The notes: generated from the letters alone by a model not told the origin. A stretch of 30,926 bases of DNA from an uncultured Clostridia bacterium (GCA_946186535.1 CAMHNT010000001.1:1-30926), one strand, 5' to 3'; positions 1 through 9,419 are shown, counted from the stretch's first letter. Translations and numbers: made by a program.

Positions 1-96
1 GAGTTTTAGTACAACGTTTGAATTTAAAATAAATTTAACGTAATAACATATTTTTGTAAACAAATTTAATTTATAATACAGAAAGCAGTGTAAAAT

Positions 97-1122
97 ATGG
101 AAACTCGGCTTTTACTGCCTACAAAAGAAAATATAGAAATTGTCGGAAAGGCTCTTTACAGCGGTGAGTTGGCTGCCGTTCCGACCGAGACGGTCTACGG
201 TCTTGCCGCAAATGCGCTCAGTGGAAGCGCCGTGAAGGCTGTTTTTGAAGCCAAGGGCAGACCTATGGATAACCCTCTTATTGTTCATATCTCGGATTTT
301 GAACAGATCGAGAGGTTTAAACTTGTCAGTGAAATCCCGGAAAAAGCGTACAGGCTTGCCGAGAAATTCTGGCCCGGGCCGCTTACTATTATTATGCCGA
401 AGGGTTCCGCAATACCCGACGAGGTCAGCGCAGGACTTCAGACGGTTGCGATTCGCTTTCCGTCACATCCGGTGACTCAGGCTGTCATTACGGCGGCAGG
501 CTGTCCGCTTGCCGCACCGTCGGCGAACACCTCCGGCGCTCCGAGTCCTACGGCGGCACATCATGTAATGCACGATATGTCGGGGAAAATACCTTATGTC
601 ATTGACGGCGGAACATGCGAGGTCGGAGTCGAGTCGACCGTAATTACTGTTGCGGAGGAAGTCCCTATGCTTCTTCGTCCGGGCGGAATTACGCTTGAAC
701 AGCTTGAAGAAACAATAGGAAAAGTCAGAGTTTCCGAGGCTGTCCTGTACAAGATGAAGGACGGTCAGAAGGCGGAAAGTCCAGGAATGAAATACAAGCA
801 CTACGCTCCGAAGGCAAATCTGATATTAATAAAATCGAGCGATGAAAAATATATTGAATATGTAAACAGTCACGCAGGCGGCGACGTCGGAGCCTTGTGC
901 TATGATGAGGACGTTGAGAAGCTTTTCGTCAGAACATTCCCCTACGGCGGAAAAAACGATTACATAAAACAGGCGGAAAGGCTTTTCGATTCGCTCAGAG
1001 CTATCGATGAAACGGAGCTGAAAACGGTTTACGGAAGATGTCCCGGCACAAAGGGAACTGCTATGGCTGTTTATAACAGGCTTATCAGGGCTGCAGGATT
1101 CGAGGTGATTGAGCTTGCGTGA
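97..1122 (+). CDS. sua5: L-threonylcarbamoyladenylate synthase, long Sua5 form (YrdC + Sua5 C-terminal domain)
   Basis: Motifs VPTETVYGLAA, KGRPMDNPLIVH, FWPGPLT, AAPSANTSG, GVESTV, PGMKYKHYAP. Confidence 0.95.
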   Translation: METRLLLPTKENIEIVGKALYSGELAAVPTETVYGLAANALSGSAVKAVFEAKGRPMDNPLIVHISDFEQIERFKLVSEIPEKAYRLAEKFWPGPLTIIMPKGSAIPDEVSAGLQTVAIRFPSHPVTQAVITAAGCPLAAPSANTSGAPSPTAAHHVMHDMSGKIPYVIDGGTCEVGVESTVITVAEEVPMLLRPGGITLEQLEETIGKVRVSEAVLYKMKDGQKAESPGMKYKHYAPKANLILIKSSDEKYIEYVNSHAGGDVGALCYDEDVEKLFVRTFPYGGKNDYIKQAERLFDSLRAIDETELKTVYGRCPGTKGTAMAVYNRLIRAAGFEVIELA

Positions 1123-1714
1123 TTTTACGATAATAGGACTCACAGGTCCTACGGGCTCGGGAAAAAGCACTGTGTCGGAGTTTTTTAAAGAAATAGGATA
1201 TGTTATAATAAACGCCGACGAAATCGCAAGAAGGGCATTGATGCCGGGGAGCAGCTGTCTGAAACAGGTCTGCGGAGTTTTCGGTGAGGATATCCTGAAT
1301 GCCGACGGAACTCTTGACAGGCAGAAACTCGCCGGAAGAGCCTTTTCATCGAAGGAAAGTACGGAAATGCTCAATGATATCACTCATCCGTGGATATTTC
1401 TTCAGGTTCTGAAGATTTGCAGGGAGAATATCGACAGCGGTAAAAACAGATTTGTTTTTGACGCGCCTTTGCTTTTTGAAAGCAATTCGGATATTATGTG
1501 CGACTGTGTTGTGAGCGTGACTGCGCCGGTCGGTTTAAGGCTTGAACGGCTGAAAAAACGTGACGGACTGAGCGAGGAACAGCTGAAAAAAAGAATGTCC
1601 GCTCAGCATGACGACGAGTTTTATATCGGCAAATCCGATTTTGTGATAGACGGGTCTTTGCCGCTTGATGAAATAAAGGTTAAGGTCGAAGAAATTAACG
1701 ACAGATTTCTGTAG
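1109..1714 (+). CDS. coaE: Dephospho-CoA kinase
   Basis: IIGLTGPTGSGKSTV P-loop, LDRQKLA, DAPLLFES; overlaps the sua5 stop; start could be TTG 1109 or 1115. Confidence 0.93.
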   Translation: MSLRDFTIIGLTGPTGSGKSTVSEFFKEIGYVIINADEIARRALMPGSSCLKQVCGVFGEDILNADGTLDRQKLAGRAFSSKESTEMLNDITHPWIFLQVLKICRENIDSGKNRFVFDAPLLFESNSDIMCDCVVSVTAPVGLRLERLKKRDGLSEEQLKKRMSAQHDDEFYIGKSDFVIDGSLPLDEIKVKVEEINDRFL

Positions 1715-1755
1715 CTTTTTTACGGGGAAGCGTATATGATAGAAGGAGATGAATT

Positions 1756-2646
1756 ATGGCTAAATCGGCTAAATCTAAATCCAAATCAAAAAAAGAGAAT
1801 AAAGTTCCGTTTATGATAATAGCAAGCCTTCTTGGATTTTCGATACTGATACCGGTTGTTCTTCTTATTTTTTCGACTGTCTTTAACGACAAGGCGACCG
1901 AGGAGTTTACGAAGAGCCTGTATCCTGTGAAATATGAAAGCTACGTTGAAAAGTCGGCGCGGGAGTTTGATGTTGACGTGTGTCTGATTTACGGTGTTAT
2001 AAGGACCGAGAGCAACTTTAACCCCGACGCAGTTTCGAATGTGGGCGCAATAGGTCTTATGCAGATTATGCCCGAGACGTTCAGCTGGCTTCAGAACTAT
2101 CGTGCAGGATTTCAGTCCGACAAGCTTATGGACAGCGACAAACTGTACAATCCGAAGACAAATATCGAATACGGAACTTTTTTTCTGAGCTATCTTCTTG
2201 ACCGTTACGACGGAGACACATCGCTTGCGATATGCGCATACAACGCAGGTCACGGAAATGTGGATTCGTGGATAGCGGACGGTACGATTCCCGACCACGA
2301 CGTAACCTCGGAGGATATTCCTTTTGAGGAAACATCGAACTATCTGACGAGGGTAACCGAGTCAATGGAGATGTACAGGACGCTTTATTTTACGGATATG
2401 GACACGGATACATCGAGCGTTGATACGGAAAGCCTGAGTGATGATGAATCGAATGATGTCAGTGAGGACGAGAACGCTTTCGGTGATGAAGGCTTTTACG
2501 GTGAGAATGAAAACGAAAATGAGTTTGACGGCAACGGCGAAGTATATAACGATGAAAATGTTGACATAAATAATTATGAGGTTTATAATTACGATGACGG
2601 ATATTATGATGCCGGTGATTATGACAATGATGAAGTGTATTATTAG
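1756..2646 (+). CDS. Membrane-anchored lytic transglycosylase (SLT domain) with acidic low-complexity C-tail
   Basis: Lys-rich N-terminus plus one TM helix; IRTESNF (catalytic Glu), AVSNVGAIGLMQIMP, AYNAG, ETSNY; SD AGAAGGAG; coaE-slt adjacency is common in Clostridia. Confidence 0.88.
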   Translation: MAKSAKSKSKSKKENKVPFMIIASLLGFSILIPVVLLIFSTVFNDKATEEFTKSLYPVKYESYVEKSAREFDVDVCLIYGVIRTESNFNPDAVSNVGAIGLMQIMPETFSWLQNYRAGFQSDKLMDSDKLYNPKTNIEYGTFFLSYLLDRYDGDTSLAICAYNAGHGNVDSWIADGTIPDHDVTSEDIPFEETSNYLTRVTESMEMYRTLYFTDMDTDTSSVDTESLSDDESNDVSEDENAFGDEGFYGENENENEFDGNGEVYNDENVDINNYEVYNYDDGYYDAGDYDNDEVYY

Positions 2647-2657
2647 GAACAATGAGG

Positions 2658-2816
2658 TTTTTTATAAAAATGCCGGAGTGCGGCACTTTTAAGAAGTAAT
2701 ATATTGTTAAGGACTCCGTCCTTAAAACCTGCGAGGGCTCTGCCCTCGACCCGCCAGTACCCCAAGGGCACTTCCTTCGGGGCGCCTTTTGAAAAAAGCC
2801 GGGCAAAAACTTTAAC
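2658..2816 (+). repeat. Modular palindromic interspersed element, copy L1
   Basis: Head ttttataaaaatgccggagtgcggcacttttaagaagtaatatattgttaagg, gagggctctgccctc hairpin, gtaccccaagggcac module, terminal ttttgaaaaaagccgggcaaaaactttaa; matches 13113, 28433, 30802. Confidence 0.85.
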
Positions 2817-2954
2817 AGGCTTCGCAATACAAAAAGTAGGAAAAGTCCAAAAACTATAATAGAGAAAAAACCTGGCCGGGAAAAGTCCCTGTCCTCGGGC
2901 AGAGGACTTATGTCAAGAAATGAGTCCGGAATCGGGGCAAAAAAGAGGTGTTTT

Positions 2955-4250
2955 ATGTTGGAAAAAAATGAGAATCTTAAGAGAGTGCAGATCGCTGACG
3001 TTGTGTACTTTAATACGATTTTTGACGACAGATTCAAGACAAGCAGGATCGCAGTGACTATGCTTGTCGATATGGATGAAAATAAGGTTTCGGCCAATGC
3101 TATCGTGCCGAATATTCTGACCCGTTCGTGTAAAGCTTATCCGTCGTTCCTGAAACTCAGCAGAAAGCTTGATATGATGTACGGTGCTTCACTTTCGGGA
3201 TCTAACGGCAAAATGGGCGATTTTCAGGCTATAACCCTGTCTGCCGCAAGTATTGACGACAGATACAGCCTGAGCGGAGAATCTGTTTACAAAGAGCTCG
3301 GAGAGCTTTTATGCAGCGCGCTGTTCGAGCCGAATGCCGCTGACGGTGAGTTCTGTGAAGAGGATTTCAGACAGGAGCAGAGACAGCTTCTCGATTCGAT
3401 AGACGCACAGTTCAACAACAAGCGTTCGTATTCTATGAAGAGATTCCTTGAGGTTATGTTCAAGGGAGAAAAGTACGGCATAAACAAGTACGGAACAAAG
3501 GAGCAGGTTCTTGCTCTTACGGCGAAGGACGCCTATGACGCTTATGTTAATATTATAAAAACTGCGAGAGTAGAGATCATGTGCCTCGGAAGCAGCGACA
3601 CGGAAGAGATCTGTGAGCTGTTCAGGGAGAAATTCTCGGGAATTGAGAGAAATCCTCAAAAGGGCGAGACTCTCGTTATTCCAAAAGCGGAAGAGGTCAA
3701 GGAAAGAACGGACTATCTCGACGTTGTTCAGTCAAAGCTTATTATCGGTTTCAGAACCGACTGCGCCGAGCCGAGTGAAAAGGTTCAAGAGATGAAGCTT
3801 GCGTGCGCAGTTCTCGGCGGTACGGCTCATTCGAAGCTTTTCAACAATGTCCGTGAAAAGCTCAGTCTTTGCTATTATTGTCTTTCGTCATACGATTCGA
3901 ACAAGGGTATCATGTTTATCGAAAGCGGCGTTCAGAAGGAAAATATCGAAAAAGCCAAAGAGGCTATACTCAATGAGATCGAAGAGATGAAGAAGGGCAA
4001 TATCACCGATGAGGAGATGAGCAGCACAAAGCTCAGTCTTTCAAACAAATATTTAAGTTCGGTCGATTCTTCCGCAGGTACTCAGGCGTGGTACATTTCT
4101 CAGATGCTCAAGGGCAAGAAGATTTCTCCGCAGGAGGAAGCGGAGCTCATCAATGCCGTTACCAAGGAGCAGGTCATTGAGGCTGCCAACAGACTTACGC
4201 TTGATACCGTTTATGTCCTGACGAAGGACGACAGCGAGGAGGTTGAATAA
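2955..4250 (+). CDS. ymfF: M16-family peptidase-like protein, inactive subunit (YmfF type)
   Basis: No HXXEH motif; VVQSKLIIGFR and SKLFNNVREKLSLCYY typical; paired with ymfH; start moved to ATG 2955 after SD AAGAGGTG. Confidence 0.8.
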   Translation: MLEKNENLKRVQIADVVYFNTIFDDRFKTSRIAVTMLVDMDENKVSANAIVPNILTRSCKAYPSFLKLSRKLDMMYGASLSGSNGKMGDFQAITLSAASIDDRYSLSGESVYKELGELLCSALFEPNAADGEFCEEDFRQEQRQLLDSIDAQFNNKRSYSMKRFLEVMFKGEKYGINKYGTKEQVLALTAKDAYDAYVNIIKTARVEIMCLGSSDTEEICELFREKFSGIERNPQKGETLVIPKAEEVKERTDYLDVVQSKLIIGFRTDCAEPSEKVQEMKLACAVLGGTAHSKLFNNVREKLSLCYYCLSSYDSNKGIMFIESGVQKENIEKAKEAILNEIEEMKKGNITDEEMSSTKLSLSNKYLSSVDSSAGTQAWYISQMLKGKKISPQEEAELINAVTKEQVIEAANRLTLDTVYVLTKDDSEEVE

Positions 4251-5524
4251 TGGATATTAAAACTGTTGAAAGCAAGCTTGTAAAGGATAAGTATTATGTT
4301 CTCGACCACCCGTCGGGACTTACGATATATGTATATCCGAAGGAGGGCTACAAGTCAACCTACGCAATTTTCGGAACAAAATACGGTTCCGTCAATACAA
4401 GATTCAGAATAGACGACGGTGAGGAGATCACCGTTCCCGACGGTATCGCCCACTATCTCGAGCATAAGCTTTTCGAGAGCGAGGACGGCGACGCATTCGC
4501 AAGATATGCGAAAACAGGCGCAAGCGCAAATGCATATACATCGTTCGAGAAAACGTGCTATCTTTTCTCGTGTACTGAGAAGTTTGAGGAGTCGTTCGAG
4601 ATACTTCTTGACTTTGTTCAGTCGCCGTATTTTACTGCCGAAACCGTCGCAAAGGAACAGGGCATTATCGGTCAGGAAATAAAGATGTACGACGATTCTC
4701 CGAGCTGGAGAGTCATGTTCAATACGCTTCTCGGAATGTATCACAAGCACCCTGTCAGAATTGATATTGCCGGTACGGTGGAGTCTATCGCAGAGATCAC
4801 TGCCGAAAAGCTCTATGAATGCTACAACAGCTTCTACAACCTTAACAACATGGTTCTGTGCGTTGCAGGAAACACTACGGTTGAACAGGTTCTCTCGGTT
4901 GCGGACAGAATGCTGAAGCCGTGCGAAAAGCATAAAATCGAGAATTTCTTCGAGGACGAGCCTTATGAGGTTGCACAGGAATATATCGAGCAGAAATTCC
5001 CGGTTACGATCCCGCTTTTCAACCTCGGATTCAAGGAGAACATCGGCGATAAGGCGGCAACATCAAAGCAGCTTGCATATACGGATATTCTTCTCTATAT
5101 CCTTGCGTCGCAGTCAAGTCCGCTTTACAACAGGCTTCTTGACGAGGAGCTCATCAATGATTCGTTCAGCTTTGAATATATGGAAGGTCCGCACTATGCG
5201 GCGGTTCTCTTCGGCGGCGAGTCGAGAAATCCGAAGAAGGCTGCCGAGGTCATCAAGGAAGCAATAAGGGATTTCAAAAAGAACGGTATCGACAGGGAAG
5301 AATTTGAGATAGCAAAGCGTTCCGTTTACGGCAGCACGATCTCGGGTTTCAACAGCAACGAGAATATTGCGAATGTTCTTGTCGATATGCATTTCAACGA
5401 AAGAGAGCTTTTCGAATACGTTGACGCCGTGGCAAACGCAACAGCGGAGGATGTAGAAAACCGTCTCACAGAGATACTTGACCCGGATAATTGTACGCTG
5501 TCGGTTGTTCTTGGGGAAGATTGA
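4250..5524 (+). CDS. ymfH: M16-family zinc peptidase (YmfH type)
   Basis: PDGIAHYLEHKLFE (HXXEH), NAYTSFEKTCYLF, KEQGIIGQEIKMYDD; start overlaps the ymfF stop. Confidence 0.88.
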   Translation: MDIKTVESKLVKDKYYVLDHPSGLTIYVYPKEGYKSTYAIFGTKYGSVNTRFRIDDGEEITVPDGIAHYLEHKLFESEDGDAFARYAKTGASANAYTSFEKTCYLFSCTEKFEESFEILLDFVQSPYFTAETVAKEQGIIGQEIKMYDDSPSWRVMFNTLLGMYHKHPVRIDIAGTVESIAEITAEKLYECYNSFYNLNNMVLCVAGNTTVEQVLSVADRMLKPCEKHKIENFFEDEPYEVAQEYIEQKFPVTIPLFNLGFKENIGDKAATSKQLAYTDILLYILASQSSPLYNRLLDEELINDSFSFEYMEGPHYAAVLFGGESRNPKKAAEVIKEAIRDFKKNGIDREEFEIAKRSVYGSTISGFNSNENIANVLVDMHFNERELFEYVDAVANATAEDVENRLTEILDPDNCTLSVVLGED

Positions 5525-5554
5525 TTTATAATTAAATTTGAAGATATTTTTCGT

Positions 5555-5850
5555 TTAAAGTTTCGCTCAAGCCTTTTCAAAGGCTTGCGGGGTGCATGGG
5601 GCAGAGCCCCTGCTCGCTCGTCGCAACGAGCGAAACTCCTTTATGCTCCACTCAGCGGATGAGTGACGTCCCAAGAGGCAGAGCCGAAGGCGATAGCCGA
5701 TTGGCTGACGGAACTTATGCTTTAGCTGTGGGGGCAGAATAAACTTTAACATGAGATAAAGTTCGGGTGGGGGCGAACCTGCTGACAGTGGTTCGCCCCC
5801 AGGGAAAAACTTACGGTTTTAACACTTTTAACAGCCAAACAAATTAATTA
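5555..5850 (-). repeat. Modular palindromic element, copy L2 (type-1 body)
   Basis: 5592-5800 is nearly identical to the reverse complement of 19507-19715; multiple hairpins, e.g. tgggggcgaacc-tgctgacagt-ggttcgccccca. Confidence 0.9.
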
Positions 5851-5853
5851 CTG

Positions 5854-5881
5854 CCCGACTGCGATTTCGCTTGCAGTCGGG
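5854..5881 (+). terminator. GC-rich hairpin, possible terminator upstream of lgt
   Basis: cccgactgc(ga)-loop-(tt)gcagtcggg followed by ttcggtcagttttt; the U-tract is displaced, so function is uncertain. Confidence 0.4.
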
Positions 5882-5917
5882 TTCGGTCAGTTTTTAAGAA
5901 AAGAAAGGATAATTAAA

Positions 5918-6739
5918 ATGTCATCATATCATGTTGAATTTCCGGGGCTCGGGTGGAGCTTTGACGTTTCTCCGATTGCCTTTTCGATAGGGGATTTTTC
6001 GATTTATTGGTACGGTATTATCATAGCGGCAGGCTTCATTCTTGCGGTAATATACTGTATGAGAATCGCAAAGAAGCACAACGTCAACGAGGACAAGCTT
6101 TTAAACTGCGTTATCGTAGGTCTTATAACCGCCATAATCGGCGCAAGGCTTTACTACGTTTTTTTTAGCTGGGACAGCTTTAAGAACGATCCGATAAAAA
6201 TACTTAACATACACCAGGGCGGACTGGCGATATACGGAGGTCTTATCGGCGCACTGATCGGAGGACTCACGGTTGCGAAGATTCAGAAGATGAAAATTCT
6301 CCCGATCCTTGACGTTGCGGTCCTCGGTTTTCTCATCGGTCAGGGAATAGGCCGCTGGGGAAATTTCATGAATCAGGAGGCTTTTGGTTCGGAAACCGAT
6401 CTTCCGTGGAGAATGGTTTCCGAGAGAACGGGCGGTTTCGGCGTTCACCCGTGCTTTTTCTATGAATCGGTATGGTGTCTGCTCGGGTTTGTGATCCTGC
6501 ATTTTGTTCGGAAAAAACATCTTAAGTATGACGGTCAGATATTCTATATGTATCTTGTCTGGTATGGTTTTGAGAGAAGCATAGTTGAGGGGCTGCGTTC
6601 GGACAGTCTCTATCTGCCGTTTGCGCCGATAAGAGTTTCTCAGCTTCTTTCTGCTGTTCTGTTTCTTACGGGTCTGGTTCTGCTCATCGTCAACAGGAAA
6701 AAATCTATTCCTGAAACTCATGATACTAATCCCTATTAA
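5918..6739 (+). CDS. lgt: Prolipoprotein diacylglyceryl transferase
   Basis: IYWYG, GARLYYV, GGLAIYGG, GQGIGRWGNFMNQEAFG, HPCFFYES. Confidence 0.95.
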   Translation: MSSYHVEFPGLGWSFDVSPIAFSIGDFSIYWYGIIIAAGFILAVIYCMRIAKKHNVNEDKLLNCVIVGLITAIIGARLYYVFFSWDSFKNDPIKILNIHQGGLAIYGGLIGALIGGLTVAKIQKMKILPILDVAVLGFLIGQGIGRWGNFMNQEAFGSETDLPWRMVSERTGGFGVHPCFFYESVWCLLGFVILHFVRKKHLKYDGQIFYMYLVWYGFERSIVEGLRSDSLYLPFAPIRVSQLLSAVLFLTGLVLLIVNRKKSIPETHDTNPY

Positions 6740-6820
6740 AAAATAGACTTTCTACTTTTTAATAGCACCGTAGATGCATCGGGATTGTATGAGACGTCAA
6801 TTGAGCTATAACGCGTTTCT

Positions 6821-6856
6821 TTCTCTAATAGAAAGTGTCTGCTTTCTATTAGAGAA
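6821..6856. other. Perfect 15-bp inverted repeat
   Basis: ttctctaatagaaag-tgtctg-ctttctattagagaa. Confidence 0.8.
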
Positions 6857-6890
6857 TAGTATGAAACCGAATAAAAATTCCATATCTACG

Positions 6891-6929
6891 CTTCAAGGGG
6901 ACGCTCAGTCAAAGAGCGTCCCCTTGAAG
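6891..6929. terminator. Perfect 16-bp hairpin between convergent lgt and the MarR gene
   Basis: cttcaaggggacgctc-agtcaaa-gagcgtccccttgaag; its core gggacgct..agcgtccc also occurs in repeats L4 and L6a. Confidence 0.6.
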
Positions 6930-6933
6930 TTTA

Positions 6934-7392
6934 TCACTGTTCTCCGCCGTTGATTTCCCTTAATGTACCGAGAACCCTATAGAGCGTTCTGTAAAACTGT
7001 ACCGCTTCTTCCGGTTCAAGCTTCATGCACTGTCCCATAGCCGTCGGAACTTCAGCCGCTCTTTCCTTCAGACCTTCGCCCTCCTCTGTTATTGAAACAA
7101 TCAGAGCTCTCTCGTCCTTTTTCGAACGGTTTCTTTCGACATAGCCCTTGCTTTCAAGCTTTTTCAGTACAGGCGTCAGAGTTCCGGAATCAAGGAACAG
7201 CACGTCTCCGAGTTCCCTGACGTTACAGCTCTTCTTCTCCCACATAACCATCATGACAATATACTGAGTATACGTCAGGTCGAGCTTATCAAGGTGCGGC
7301 TTATAGGCTCTTATCAGCTCCTTTGCACAGGCATAAAGCGGAAAGCAGAGCTGATTTTCAAGCTTCAGACAGTCGAATTTCAAGTCCTCCAT
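6934..7392 (-). CDS. MarR-family regulator, OhrR-like peroxide sensor
   Basis: LENQLCFPLY with the OhrR-type sensing Cys, LTYTQYIVMMVMWE, LDSGTLTPVLKKLE, DER; start ATG 7392 after SD AAGGGGAG. Confidence 0.85.
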   Translation of the reverse strand: MEDLKFDCLKLENQLCFPLYACAKELIRAYKPHLDKLDLTYTQYIVMMVMWEKKSCNVRELGDVLFLDSGTLTPVLKKLESKGYVERNRSKKDERALIVSITEEGEGLKERAAEVPTAMGQCMKLEPEEAVQFYRTLYRVLGTLREINGGEQ

Positions 7393-7411
7393 AGTTCTCC
7401 CCTTCAAATGT

Positions 7412-8515
7412 TCAGTCACTGTAATCCGAATCCATAATTATATCAAAAATATAATCAGGACAGACCTCATGGAGCTCCGACATTACAGCTTCCCTGACCT
7501 CATTCGCATCACATTCAAAATCAACCACCAAATCGAACATAGCGTATTTTATGTTTGCCTCGGCATAAAAACCGTGCATCTGCAAAATTTCCGGATGAGT
7601 CTTTACGACGTCTTCAACAAGTCTTTTTATCTTTCCGAACTCACCCGACGTATTCGAAGCGTAAACTCCGACAGTAAGAATTATTCCGAATTCAAACATA
7701 ATCTCCGCCGAGATTTTCCTTGAAAGCTTGTGAATTTCCCTTGCGGTCATATTGTCGTCAACTTCAATATGAGCCGTGCCTATTATCTTAGTCGGACCGT
7801 AGCTGTGAAGAGTGAGGTCATAGGTACCCTTGACCTCATCGTAGCCGTTTATTTTCTGTTTTATCTTCTCCGTCAGCTCGCTGTCGAACCTCACGCCGAT
7901 AATACTGTTCAGTGTATCGGTGAGGATTTCGACGCCGGCTTTTATGATAAAAAGAGAAATTATCGAGCCCATTATCCCCTCAAGGTTTAGCCCCCATATC
8001 ATTCCGACAAGTGCCGTTATCAGCGTTCCTGCCGAAAGAACCGCATCTGAAAACGCGTCGGTACCGCTTGCAATAAGCGACTGGGAGTTAAGCTTCTCAC
8101 CCATACCCTTTACATATTTTCCGCACAGAAGCTTTGCGGCGATTGCCGCAGCAATAACTATAATCGAAGCTATCGAATAGTCTGTTTCCTCAGGGTGGAA
8201 TATTTTTATCACCGACTCCTTAAGCGAGGTCAGACCGGCGAGAAGTGCAATTAAAGATATTGCAACAGCCGTAAGATATTCTATTCTTCCGTGACCGTAA
8301 GGGTGCTTTTTATCAGGTGCCTTCGCCGAAAGCTTGGTACCTACGATCGTTATCACCGAGGAAAGTGCGTCGCTCAGATTGTTGACTGCATCAAGCACAA
8401 TAGAAATCGAATTTGCGATAAGTCCTACCGCCATTTTGAAGGCAACCAGAACCACATTCACAGCAATTCCGATAACGCTTGTTCTTATGATTCTTCTGTT
8501 TCTTTCTGTTGTCAT
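7412..8515 (-). CDS. Cation diffusion facilitator (CDF) family transporter
   Basis: DAVNNLSDALSS, PDKKHPYGHGRIEY, TDAFSDA, YDLTLHSYGP, HIEVD; duplicated-looking C-terminal domain. Confidence 0.9.
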   Translation of the reverse strand: MTTERNRRIIRTSVIGIAVNVVLVAFKMAVGLIANSISIVLDAVNNLSDALSSVITIVGTKLSAKAPDKKHPYGHGRIEYLTAVAISLIALLAGLTSLKESVIKIFHPEETDYSIASIIVIAAAIAAKLLCGKYVKGMGEKLNSQSLIASGTDAFSDAVLSAGTLITALVGMIWGLNLEGIMGSIISLFIIKAGVEILTDTLNSIIGVRFDSELTEKIKQKINGYDEVKGTYDLTLHSYGPTKIIGTAHIEVDDNMTAREIHKLSRKISAEIMFEFGIILTVGVYASNTSGEFGKIKRLVEDVVKTHPEILQMHGFYAEANIKYAMFDLVVDFECDANEVREAVMSELHEVCPDYIFDIIMDSDYSD

Positions 8516-8581
8516 TTATTTGTTCAACACCCTTTTACCAATATTCTCAAAAAGCCTTATCCTCAAGACCCTTATGACATA

Positions 8582-8851
8582 TTATGCACCTTGTGCCGCT
8601 TTCTGTGCTTCGTAAGCTTCCCTTACCGCCTTAGCGAGCTGGTCACCGCAAGAAGTTGGACGTCTGCCGCATGTGATTCCCGTGAGCTTCGACTCGATTT
8701 CATCAACCGTCCAGCCGTCAACGAGAATCGGAATAGCCTTAAGATTGCCGTTGCATCCTCCGGTAAAAACAACGTTTGTAACAACGTCGCCGTTGATGTC
8801 AAGCTTTATCTCCGTAGAACACGTATTCTTCGTTTTGTAGATATATTCCAT
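8582..8851 (-). CDS. TIGR03905-type TSCPD-domain small Cys protein
   Basis: TCSTEI, FTGGCNGNLKAI, GITCGRRPTSCGDQLA pattern recognised from memory; SD AAGGAG lies inside the gpx end. Confidence 0.8.
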   Translation of the reverse strand: MEYIYKTKNTCSTEIKLDINGDVVTNVVFTGGCNGNLKAIPILVDGWTVDEIESKLTGITCGRRPTSCGDQLAKAVREAYEAQKAAQGA

Positions 8852-8852
8852 A

Positions 8853-9326
8853 TTATAACAACTCCTTAATTTTCGGGTCGATTGCCTCCGGCGTCACCGT
8901 CGGGCCAAAACGCTCAATAACATTTCCTTCCCTGTCAACGAGGAACTTCGTAAAATTCCACTTGATATTGTTTCCGAGAACTCCTTTTTTCTGCTCTTTT
9001 AGATATCTGTAGAGCGGCTCTGCGTCGTCGCCGTTTACGTTTATTTTTGAAAAAAGCCTGAACGTAATTCCGTATCTCGACTGACAGAAGCTTGCGATCT
9101 CCTCCTCCGTCCCCGGCGCCTGGTTCGCAAATTGGTTACATGGAAAATCAAGTATTTCGAATCCCTGAGAATTATACTTCTCGTACAAATCCTGCAGTCC
9201 GTCATACTGCGGAGTAAACCCACAGCCTGTTGCGGTGTTGACGATAAGCAGTACCTTTCCCTTATACTCAGCCATGCTCACATTGTTGCCCTTTGCGTCC
9301 TTAACAACAAAATCATAAATACCCAT
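8853..9326 (-). CDS. gpx: Glutathione peroxidase family protein (Cys type)
   Basis: LIVNTATGCGFTPQY, DFPCNQF, IKWNFTKFLVDREG; start ATG 9326 after SD AGGGAG. Confidence 0.93.
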   Translation of the reverse strand: MGIYDFVVKDAKGNNVSMAEYKGKVLLIVNTATGCGFTPQYDGLQDLYEKYNSQGFEILDFPCNQFANQAPGTEEEIASFCQSRYGITFRLFSKINVNGDDAEPLYRYLKEQKKGVLGNNIKWNFTKFLVDREGNVIERFGPTVTPEAIDPKIKELL

Positions 9327-9359
9327 ATATGTCACTCCCTGTACATAAATTTACAAGTG

Positions 9360-9419
9360 TACAATTAGATTGCACACAATCATTAACTAAATTGTACACA
9401 ATTAATTTTGTTTTGTCAA
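9360..9419 (-). promoter_or_regulatory. SigA promoter of gpx with overlapping OhrR-like operator boxes
   Basis: Minus strand TTGACA-17-TACAAT with an extended TG; TACAATT-A-GATTGCA at 9360-9374 resembles the Bacillus OhrR box TACAATT-N-AATTGTA; ATTGYACACAAT at 9369-9380 and 9391-9402. Confidence 0.7.

Noticed and set aside
40-96. Promoter for sua5
   Set aside because: TATAAT at 72-77 is present but there is no credible -35 in a very AT-rich context.
2883-2909. Hairpin aagtcc-ctgtcc-tcg-ggcag-a-ggactt upstream of ymfF
   Set aside because: Single imperfect stem without a U-tract or other support; no function can be assigned.
2910-2954. Upstream ORF-track starts (ymfF 2910; also 7419, 9335, 10225, 15833, 16987, 29273)
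   Set aside because: Better SD-supported starts lie downstream, as given in the features.
5567-5752. Short ORFs inside the repeats (also 17872-18063, 21743-21991, 22061-22255, 28404-28628)
   Set aside because: No SD or recognisable motifs; frames are not preserved between repeat copies despite DNA similarity.
8853-9335. Selenocysteine glutathione peroxidase
   Set aside because: The active-site codon reads Cys (TGCGF) in an uninterrupted frame.
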